Positions 36,301-48,300 of a DNA stretch of 64,000 nucleotides are shown one piece after another. Position numbers and translations under genes: made by a program. Origin of the DNA: Haliotis cracherodii (lineage: Eukaryota); NCBI RefSeq assembly GCF_022045235.1, contig NW_027266270.1, positions 21,824,001-21,888,000 of the forward strand. Reading direction: 5' to 3'. Position 1 is the stretch's first letter. Every line of letters begins with the position of its first letter. A model generated the notes under the pieces. That model was not told the DNA's origin, searched no databases, and was given only the letters and a program-made list of their open reading frames with translations.

Positions 36301-39300
36301 AAATTGAAATTCACTGGATTCTGTTTTACCAGAGCGTTGATTAAGAAGCTGTTGAACTATAAAACTGCAGAAGTCTCATTGGGAATAACACAGGAATTTA
36401 ACACAAGCCCAACTTTTTTCTCCCAAAATCAGAATCAATTCGATAATGAAACATCATGACAGTGCAGGAACCTTAAAGATCAGAACAACATAATCAATTA
36501 ATGATAGTTATATTGTAGGTATATTGTGGCATAAGCGTATGACAACTGCGGTATATGGCTGTGTGGAGAACGACCACATTTGCATGTGTATGTATTGACC
36601 AACATGCAAGGATGTTTCCATGGTTGAGATATTCAGTTGCGCGAAGAACCCGTACCGAACCATCAATACATTTGCTGATACTGCAAGAATTCACAAACAG
36701 AATGCCATTACAGCACAGCATCACTTTACCGTATATCACCTTATCGAAGCCGTATATCTTCCCTTTTCATTTGTTTTGTTTTACGATTAATACGACTACG
36801 AAAGTATTCGCACAAACAACTTTGCCACTATTTCTACGAAATGGAGACCATGAGTGAACCTTGTTTCATTTGCATTTTATTCCAAACATGAACGCCAGAG
36901 AATAATCAGTCTCTAACATCTCCAAAGGAAGAAAAGGGCACAATAATGATGAACAGTACACAAACGGATCATTGACAATTTGTAATGACACCAGATGTTC
37001 GCGAAAGGGCTAAGCATGTCCTGCTCTCGTGCTAGTGAGTGAGTGAGTGAGTTTGGTTTAACGCCGCTTTTAACATTATTTCAGTTATATCACGGCGTGT
37101 CAGCTTAATGTGGGAGGAAAGCCCGAAGTGATACAGGTCTTAGACGTTTACCACTTCGGTGAAACCCACGAGCACGGGTATGGTGCTGACAAACCTAGAA
37201 ACATAATCGGGGCGAACCGGGATTCGAACCCACAATCATAGGTTTCTGGCGTGCTCAAGGGACGCAACTCTGCACAGCGAATCGCGGCGCCTTAGACGAC
37301 TGGGTCACCCGTGCCCCCTCGTGCTAGTGGGTAAGGTGGTTTACAAAACTCCTTGTAAAGGTCATGGCATGGGTTACAATTTGAGACAATTTTGTTGCCT
37401 TTTGAGAAAGAATCTTGGTTAGATTTTAAGATTGCTAAAATGCTGCTAAAAGGGGCGACTCACTCAACCGCGATCCACTCATGAACAAAACAAAAATCCG
37501 GCCAATTTTGACATTACCGGTAATTACATTACAACTTACAAAAATACAACCCATGAAAATCCGGGTTAGAACTGATCGTTCGCAACTCACGCATGTCACA
37601 AGAAGCGACTCAAGAGATCCTTTATGGAAGGAAATATTCAATATATTCTTGAGGGTGTAGTGGCGGCAGCGATTTGTTCATTATGCTCAGCTCAAGACAG
37701 TAATAATGAAGTTTACAAAGTGACTTTGAAAATGATTATGGAAAATTGTAACAAAACAAAAACGGAACGTTAAAGGTCTATATGCCTCTTTTCCTAATGA
37801 TTGGCCTGGTTATCTGTTAGACAGCGTTGTTTTTTTAAGCAAGATAAAAATGAAAGACTGTTGAAAGAACTTTTCACCGCAAAACAAATTAGTTCCATTG
37901 CCATGGCATAACATTCTGTTACGTACGGAAGCCTTTTAGGGCCAATTACTTTTTGTTTTTTTTCGATACTATCTTGAAATGTCAAGAAACTTAGTTGAAA
38001 TTTCAAGATACTATCTTGAAATTTCAAGATTTAGAAGCTGAAATTTCAAGATACAGAAGTTGAAATTTCAAGATATTAAGTTGAAATTTCAAGATAATAA
38101 GTTAACATCCTAAGATGTAAAAATACGTTTGAAGTGAATAATCTTGAAATGTCAAGATCCTACGGAAGCCTTTAAGGGCCATTTCTTAAAAATTCGATAC
38201 TATCTTGAAATTTCAAGCTACTAAGTTGAAATATCAAGAAACTAAGTTGAAATTTCAAGATACTATCTTGAAATTTCAACTTAGTATCTTGAAATTTCAA
38301 GATAGTATCAATCAATCAATCTTTATTGTATGAAAGGCCATTGGCCCATATACACATACAGATAAACAATATTATTTACAGCTGTACAGCGCATTTTATA
38401 ATTATTTGATAACTAATATGATGCTTGACATATAATAAAGGTATCGTAATAACATTGGTAATAACCACAGTGGCAGCAGTAGTAGTAAAAAATACAAAAG
38501 GAATACAAAAGGAATGGAATGGAAATATCAAGTTTTACGTCGCAAAGGCTTTCAGCCATAACGCGACATTCAATAGAAAAGGATCTATCAGGAGGATCTA
38601 TCAGAAATATACTCATCATGTCAGGACAATTTGACAATTTAAATTTATATGCATTTCTAGTAGAAACAAACAGACAAAAATAAAATGTAGATACTCCTGA
38701 TCTAGATGCGAAAGTTTCAAAACAACTTATTATTTCTGGACATATCGGATTTACTAAGTAGTTTACTACGCACTCGTAGACTTTGATAGATGTATTGTAA
38801 TATCTTAGTTAATTTTTTACTAGAGATACCATTAAAAGATAATATTTTGTTCATGGAATAGTGGTTCTTAGTTATGTTAGGCATATATTTCAATCTTAGG
38901 TTGTCGTAAATTGGACATATAAACAAAAAGTGTAATTCGTTTTCAATATGGTTTTCGCAGAATGGACAAAAACGCATATCCTTAGGAATAGAGGAGAAGC
39001 GACCCCTGTTGCACATCAAATCATTTAACCCTAGCCTAAGTTTAATAAATGTGTCTCTAATTTTTCTCTCTGTTATAGTATGCAGGTAAACCTCTGGTGT
39101 TAGACAATATTTAAAGGTTTTATAAACGTCGTAGCGTGTACTGTTATCTAGTGACGACCTCCAATTTTGAGTAAACATTTCAATTGCTACCTGCTTAAAA
39201 GAGCTAAGAAAATACATTTTGTCTCCAACGCTTTGATTAAGCCAAACATATCCAAATCCGTTAGAGAAGAGTAAATGCTTAATGTTTGATGCCCAGGTTA

Positions 39301-42300
39301 CGTAACCAACATTATCACGATAGACAAGCATTTCGTAGCATTTTTGGGGGATTCGTTCCCGCGACATCTCTGTTATTTTTAGCCAGTATCTGAGTAAACG
39401 TAAATATGAACAAATATATAACGGGTATCTGCCACATTCGCCATAGACCATATGATTTGGAGCCGATTTAGAAACATTTAGAAATCTTTTACATGCAGTT
39501 AAGTGTACCTTTTCAATATTGTAATAGGTTTCAAAACCCCAGACCTCTGATCCATATAATAAGATTGGTTGAACTTGAGCATCAAACATTTTGAAGAAGA
39601 TAGTAGGTGAGATAACACGCAATTTATCTAGAACGACAAATAGATTTATTAGGGCCTTTTTTGCTCGTAGCGCGAGATCGTTAATCGAATAATATTAAAA
39701 CAAACAAACGGCCCTAAAAGGCTTCCGTAGTTACGCGATTCTGATTGGTTGTCATAGACTGATATTGAAGACGGTGTTCAATGGGAGCCTCGTGTTGACA
39801 CAATGCGAGGGTGGATTGACAAGTTCTGAGTCTGCATAGAAAGAATTTCGTAATAGTGAAATCTTTTGTAGAGATTACACAAAATCATAGAGATCTATCC
39901 ACAAACACTTGGTCATTTGAGAACATGTTTTCGCTGTGACAAGTTGCTAAAATTTATAGTTGTTATCCATATAGTTATACGTTTTCTTACTTACTTCTAG
40001 AATACCAATCAAACAGTTAAACATACACTCAACTCGAAGATCCAACACATTTACATCAACTTATGTAAAGAAATAATCAAGTGCAATGGTAAACCTCACG
40101 AAACATGTTTATGTATTTGGGTAAGCGCCACTGCTCACTTCTGTTTTATCTGTGCACACAGGTAACCTGGTAAGAAATTAATATATAATCAAGTCAACCC
40201 ATTATATACATTTCAGTCGACGCTCGTTTGTCAACAAACTGTAGAATATTCACGTGTTGTGCAAATAGCTTCTGACAGTCACCATGGTGACAGACTAATA
40301 AGACTCAGTTTCCGGGTCTCGTGTGTGCCTTCATTTTCATGATGCGTGACTGTGTGAGTATGATCCTACGCCGCTACGAAGTATTAACATTATTCCAGCA
40401 ATATCACAGAAATGTGGGCAATCGAATCCGGGCCTCCAGTCTGATAAACACACGTTTTAATCAATAGGCTGACCTACCGACTCCTCGTCAGATAAAGAAG
40501 AAAGACGTAGCCTCGAAACTCTCGAATAGATAAGGGGGTGGAAATATATATCGTGTGGGTTTAGCGTTGAAACAGTGAATTGTCTGAAAAAAGTTAATAT
40601 TCAATTTGTCATGCATATTTCGCAATACGTTTGTACTTCATGTTCTTATAAGTCACGGGGCGGTCGGGTAGCCTAGTGGTTAAAGCGTTGGCTCGTCACG
40701 CCGAAGATCCGGGTTCGATTCCCGACATGGGTACAATGTGTGAAGCCCATTTCTGGTGTCCCCCGCCGTGATATTGCTGGAATATTGCTAAAAGCGGCGT
40801 AAAAACCATACTCACTCACTCACTCACTCTTATAAGTCACAAGTCAAATCTGCAAATCTTACACAGAAAAAACTGTAGCTTTTCCGTCGTTTATACGCAA
40901 ACGGTAGCAACGACATTCATAATATTTTCCATGTTAATTTCTTTTCATTTCATGTGAACCATTCCTTGTCTGGCTACACAGCACAAGCCGAATGTTTGTA
41001 GTCGGTGTTTCGATCATGCTTTATAAACTGACAGCATTATTAATAAGGATTCATTTTGTGAACCAAACAAAACGAGACAGTTTCTTTGCTTGTCATAAAC
41101 AAAACTGAGAACAAAGATCCCTTGTTAACGTGCACTGTCCATACTGATGTGAACTCGCGTAGTACATTAATGATTATTTACCTGATGCCTTCAGAACATG
41201 GTCATGTGGGGAAATCCATATTTCGAAGAGACAGCTGTCTATATGTTACCTGGGTTACATGTCCAAAATATCTGTTATCAATCAAGCAAATATTTACTCT
41301 CTTTTGAACCACTATACTATTTTGTCTTCATGCTATGCACCAACAACGTCAAGTATTGTAACAGCTCAATGCCATCCTGAAGCGAGAATTGTCATTATGT
41401 TAATTAAAGTAAGGTTTCTGAAAGTGGATCCTACCTACGATGGTTTAATCCCTTCACTTTGTAGACACAACGATATCACTTGTGAAATGTATCATTTACT
41501 TCGACTAAGTCTTAAAATATGTAAAAGGCGATTATTATATTTGTTGGTTTGCGTCATTTTTGTTTGTTCTTACAATGTTGGGGGCCTGATAATGATACTT
41601 GTCTTCAATTAAACATGTCGGTGTTCAAACTACTATTTTAACGATAAAATCTTTGAAAATTTTGTTTTCGGTATTGCATGGTATGTAATCCTTTCGTCAA
41701 TGGATTCCATGAACCAAGATGGAATATCAAGCTTGCAGATATTGCAACAATTGTACTCTTTTGTTATATATTTCAAAGCAAGATATTGAAAATGAGTAAT
41801 AATTGCAGTCACTGTTCTCAATTTACTGACCACTAATTTAACATCGTTATAACCGTAGTTCGTTATAAGCATATATAGTCAGGATTCACTGCTAACAATA
41901 AATGGAAGAACAGTTTAATGAATTGTTTTTTGTGATGTCAGTAGAGCGTTCGATAAGGTTTTGCACAAACTTACTTCACACGGCATCAAGGTGAAATTAT
42001 TAAAATGGTTCAGGATCATTTGTAAAACAGAGTTCAGACGGTTACAGTTCTAATGTAACGCCAGTGGCGACCGGAGTACCACAAGGATCAGTATTTGGAC
42101 CTTTATTATTCCTTATTTATATAAATGATGTTGTGGCAGGTATTGACAGTTATATAAGACTTTTTGCAGACAAGTCAATACATGTAATTGTGGAAGATCC
42201 GACCATTGCCTCAAACTACCTAACTAATGACCTAAATAGAATTTCTACTTGGCCGAACAACTGGCAAGTAACATTTAATCCAAACAAGATGGAATCTTTC

Positions 42301-45300
42301 CAGTTCACACGTAAAGTAATTCCTATTCCTAAACCAGAACTAAAGATAAGAGACAATATCATCAAGGAAGTTCAATTCCACAAACATTTAGGAATTAGTC
42401 TCCAATACGATTGTTCTTGGGGTGAGCATATCAGTGAAATTGTTAAAAAAGTAAGTCCTACGATAAAATGTCTCAGAGGTATTAAATCAGGTTTAAATAG
42501 GAAAACATCAGAAACTATGTACACGTCATTTATACTGCCAAATTTTGACTACTGCTCTCACATCTGGGACAACTGTTCAAAGTTTGAAAAAACTAAACTT
42601 AAATTGAGCAACTCTGCACAGCGAATCGCGGCGCCTTAGACGACTGGGCCACCTGTGCCCCCGCAGATATAACAAACGCCTCTTAGTGAAGGAAGACATC
42701 AAACCAAATTAACTCCCTTTTACAAAATGTCCAATAACCTTGCACCAAGCTATCTCTGTGATCTCGTCCCGCCTGAAATATCAGGAACTAATGGTTACAA
42801 CCTTAGGAATAGTTCTCAATTACTCTAAATTGCAGAACAGCAAGATATGCGAAATCGTTTCTTCCTGATACCGCCAAACTCTGGAATCCTGCCTACTACA
42901 TATACTGAAGTCGGTAGATTGATAGACTATAAAAGAATGATAAAAGGTGATAAAAGCATTGCAACAATCATGATTTAAACTATGGCTCTAGGCTCAACCA
43001 AATTGCATTGTCAACTAATCCAGATTGTTCTTGTGGCTACCACCATGAAGACGCTTTTTACTATTTCTTTACCTGTACCAAATGCACCGGCATAAAGAAA
43101 AAAACATGTATTTTTACTCCTAAGGTTATGATCTAAAGTCTATTCTTTATGGAAATGCAAATGTTATAGCAAAGATTAATTTAGAAATACTAAAATCTGT
43201 TCATTTTATTTTATTTTTTCTCTAATTTTATATCCGTCTCTGGCAGACAAATTTTGTCTAAATGCAAACTATCGTTTAATCTCTCATGTTACTAATTTTT
43301 ACTTACAGCGTTTTACTTCAGCACGTTCGACAATATAATTTATTCATGTCAACTTCTTTATTATGAGGAACACAACGTTTCGCAGTATATGCTTACTCCT
43401 TCATCGGGTGAATGATTCACCAGATGTTCCTCATAACAAAGAAGTTGACATCCATAAATTCTCTTCCTTATGTGTATCACTTCTAAATGCCTTTCAAGGA
43501 CTTTACTCATTTAGACTGGGAAATCAAGAAGTATTGGTATTATTATACATGACCATATCGGATATGTAAGCTGTGAAGGTGATTTTATGTGTAAGGTGAC
43601 TGATCGTGACTGTACTCTAATTACAGACTTACATCCTACATTATATTTTTGATAGCCATAGTGGATGATTCAACTTTACACAAAAGGTATAAGGTAACCC
43701 ATATGCCTAATTGGCGGGGGGAGGGGGGGGGCGATGGGGCACCCTTCAGTACGGATTTGTTGACATGGTATTTGGGGTCTTAACGTGCTCACGGTAATGT
43801 ATTCACGCTTCATTTTGTGAGTGTATTTTCACAGCCCCCAATACACAGCTGTATTGTTTGCAGAAAAACGTGAGCAGAGAACTCAAGAAAATAAGGTAGG
43901 TGACCAGGCCATATATACATTCCCCTCGACCTAATAAATCAGAGTTAATCTGGGTTTAGAATCCATAATCAGCGCATCCTTGCACTGATAATGGAAACAA
44001 CTTTGTACGTCGACTTGATACTTTGTTCGTGCCCGCTTGTTAATCAACACCAGGGTTTGAGTGGGTAATCAGACTATTTGTAATTACGTAAGAGAAAACT
44101 GGAATATAATATAACATAATTAATTACTCTCAGACCTGTGATGCCAACTTCATATCCACCAGTCCTCCATCATGTTTACCCCATTCTTCCAAAGTCAAAT
44201 CTGTAAATATGGGACGTTTTTGTGTCTACGTATGTAGTTATCTCTGTTGCCAAAGTGATGACTCGATGTGAACAGCCAAAGATCGTTTGACATCAGGAAC
44301 TACAGGTTCATATCGTGTTCTATGACAAATATATTAATTGTTTGATAGGCATTACTTAGATGTTGACGGATGGCAAAGTAGACGCAATTTATGGATAACA
44401 ACCTCTTTAATACTGTAAAGGCGACGTTTGGTATAGATCCTTATACCGTTGTCAAGCAAGGCTGAATGAGGATCTTTGTACAGAATATATGCAGTAGGTA
44501 TAGTATCTCGGACCATATCAGCAACTGCCCTAATCACAACATCAACTGGGACAACGCCCAAATCTTCCATGACGTCTCTAAAAGAAAAATATCAGAAGCA
44601 GTCCACATTCGCTGCCACAAGCCCTCAATCAACAGAGATCAAGGCTATTTCATCCCATCCGCCTACTATATATGAACTCATCAAGCAATAATCACCCCAC
44701 CTATGCAAACTTTTCGTGTCTAATTGGCTTCATGTCCGATTGGCTTCCACCTATGTGTTCTCTGTCTATCATGTTGTGTCAGTATTATCATTCTGTTGTC
44801 ATTACTAACTCATGTTATCCCAGTCATGTATGCAATTGTTGTAAGTGTTAATCCTCTACTGTTAATCCTCCACCACTATATATATTCTGTACAATGTTCC
44901 TCATTCAGTCTTGCCTTACAACAGTATAAGGGCCCATTCCGAAACGCCGCCTTTACAGTCTTAAAGAAGTTGTTATCCATACATTGTGTCTACTTTGCCA
45001 AATATCTGTTTTGATTTGAATGTTGAATGATCAGAATCATTCGATATTATATATAACAAATGACGGCGGCATGTAAGTAATCTAATCTGGACCAGACAAT
45101 CAAATGATTGATATAATTATATTAACCTTCCCATGCAGTAGGAACACGATTACACGAGATCAATTAAGTAACTGAATCTGATCATCCGAACCATTTTGTT
45201 CCCTCTTACGAGAAGCGCTAACGTAGGTAGCTGGGGGCCTATGTAAACCCAGAATTCCTCCGGGGGTGATCAGTACGAACAGGATGAACATATTGTAACC

Positions 45301-48300
45301 TAAAACCCACAACCTTGTTATTTCTGACCTTCTCGCTATTTTCCGTTTCATAAATTCGCTAAATAGCATCTTCAAACTAGTGTTACTAAAGCCCATACAG
45401 CCATGAAAGAAATCTTTATTCTGATAGTACAGTGCTCTGTCGATGTGGCCTCGTAAATTGGAGGTATGAAGGTACATTGAACTGAAGATTTGAGACCTTC
45501 TGACGAATAAATTTTCAGCAACATTGCCTACATGTCCCATTTAATCGTCCAAAAAGATCACATGTTTTGTTGACATGCAGCACGTGTATTTTGGACAGAT
45601 GCCAACGAACAATAAGAAATGGTAAATCGCGATCAAAAACATGAATACAGCTACAGTTCACAAAAAAACACAGCTGAACAAAAAGAGAACGTAAAATGAC
45701 ATTTCACAGAATCCATAACAATTGACAGCTTAGTGAAGTGCCAAATACAAACTTGAATTTTACTGCTTCCTATACAAATATACAACCAGTGTCATCGTTA
45801 ATGGTATATATGAAGAGTGTATGCCCATACTTGTTTGAAAAAGAAAAACATTCTAGAGTGAGTGAGTGAGTATGGTTTTACGCCGCTTTCAGCAATGTTC
45901 CAGCAATATCACGGCGGGGGACACCAGAAATGGGCTTCACACATTGTACCCATGTCGGGAATCGAACCTGGGTCTTCGGCGTGACGATCGAACGCTTTAA
46001 CCACTAGGCTACCAGACCGCCCAAACATTCTAGACATCTTGTCCTTCCGGTCACCATGATGCAAACACCTTGACTAATTTTGTTGACTATCCTACGTATA
46101 CGAGGCGAAGTAGACCGAAATGGATAACAACTTACTTATTTTACTATGATAGCGACGTTTCGGTATAGATCCTTATACCGTTGTCAAGCAAAACTGAATA
46201 ATGAACACGGTACAGAAATATATATGGTAGGTGAAAGATTAACAGTAACAACAACTATCATTCATGAGGCAGTGTTCTGTACCAAGGTGTAATTTTCAAA
46301 CATGTAATCAAACACTTGTTCTAAGGTGAGGTGATGTGAAATGCGAGTTTGCTAAAAAGCATTGCACTTATATAGCGAACTTGTTTTATGGAAACGACCA
46401 CGAAACGAAATATACAGATGTTCTACCGTCAGTTTACAACCATCGCTGTTAATATAAAGATATAACTCACAGAGTATTATATTCAACACATCCTTGTACG
46501 TTTGCGAGCGTTTTTTGTCTGTTTGGAACTAACCATAAAGTTACATAATCATGTCTTATATTTAGATATGCCGTACTGTAATAGCAATCTGTGCTCTATG
46601 CCGTACTCTATAAAACGCTGTACTATATACGGTACCCTATAACCACTCTGTACGCTATATGGTACTCTATAATCACTCTGTAGTCTATACGGTACTCCAT
46701 AATCACTCTGTACTCTATACGGTACTCTTTAAGCACTCTGTACTCTTAACGATACTCTATAATCACTCTGTACTCTATGCCGTACTCTATAACCACTCTG
46801 TGCTCTATGCTCTATACGGTACTCTATAATCACTCTGTACTCTATACGGTACACCATAATCACACTGTACTCTATACCACACTCCATAATCACACTGTAC
46901 TCTATACCACACTCCATAATCACTCTGTACTCTATACTGTACTCTGTAATCACTCTCTACTCTATACGTTACTCTATAATCACACTGTACTCTATACCGT
47001 ACTCTGTAATCACTCTGTACTCTATACCGTATTCTATAATCACTCTGTACTCTATACGGTACTCTATAATCACTCTATACTCTATACTGTACTCTGTAAT
47101 CACTCTCTACTCTATACGGTACTCTGCAATCACTCTGTACTCTATACGGTACTCTGTAATCACTCTGTACTCTATACCGTACTCTTTAAGCACTCTGTAC
47201 TCTTTACGGTACTCTATAATCACTCTGTACTCTATACCGTACTCCATAATCACTCTGTACTCTATACGGTACTCTATAATCACTCTATACTCTATACTGT
47301 ACTCTGTAATCACTCTCTACTCTATACGGTACTCTATACTCACACTGTACTCTATACCGTACTCTGTAATCACTCTGTACTCTATACCGTATTCTATAAT
47401 CACTCTGTACTCTATACGGTACTCTATAATCACTCTATACTCTATACTGTACTCTGTAATCACTCTCTACTCTATACGGTACTCTGCAATCACTCTGTAC
47501 TCTATACGGTACTCTGTAATCACTCTGTACTCTATACCGTACTCTTTAAGCACTCTGTACTCTTTACGGTACTCTATAATCACTCTGTACTCTATACCGT
47601 ACTCTATAACCACTCTGTACTCTTTACGGTACCCTATAATCACGCTGTACTCTATACGGTATTCTGTAATCACTCTGTACTCTTTACGGTACTCTATAAT
47701 CACTCTGTACTCTATACCGTACTCTATAATCACTCTGTACTCTATACGGTACTCTGTAATCACTCTGTACCCTATACCGTACTTTGTAATCACTCTGTAC
47801 CCTACACGGTACTCTATAATCACTCCGTACCCTATACGGTACTCTGTAATCACTCTTTACTCTAAACCGTATTCTATAAAACACTCTGTACTCTATGCGG
47901 TACTCTTTAAGCACTCTGTACTCTTTACGGTACTCTATAATCACGCTGTACTCTATACCGTACTCCATAATCACTCTGTACTCTATACGGTACTCTATAA
48001 GCACTCTGTAGTCTTAACGGTACTCTATAATCACTCCGTACTCTATACGGTACTCTGAATCACTCTTTACTCTAAACCGTTTCCTTTATCACTCTGTACT
48101 CTATACGGTATTCTTTTTGTGTGCACGTATCAAACCTGAATTCATGTACACTATACACTACCATATACCAGTGTGTTTACCAAATGGAAGTAGGTGTAAG
48201 TGATGCCATCATACGGTATAGTATGGCGAGTGAGTCAGTTTGGTTTTAAGACGCCATAAGCACAATTGTAATAATATTCCTGCTGAGAACACGGGAAATG

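Noticed and set aside
39985-40060. Alternative signal-peptide exon for the lectin gene (MCWIFELSVCLTV / MFNCLIGILE)
   Set aside because: In-frame stop or wrong phase at the strong gtaagt donor; 48613-48568 fits in phase and gives a clean signal peptide
46729-48004. 362-aa (HSVLYTVLYN)n ORF and antisense (IEYR)n ORFs
   Set aside because: Stop-free by-product of a 30-bp minisatellite inside an intron
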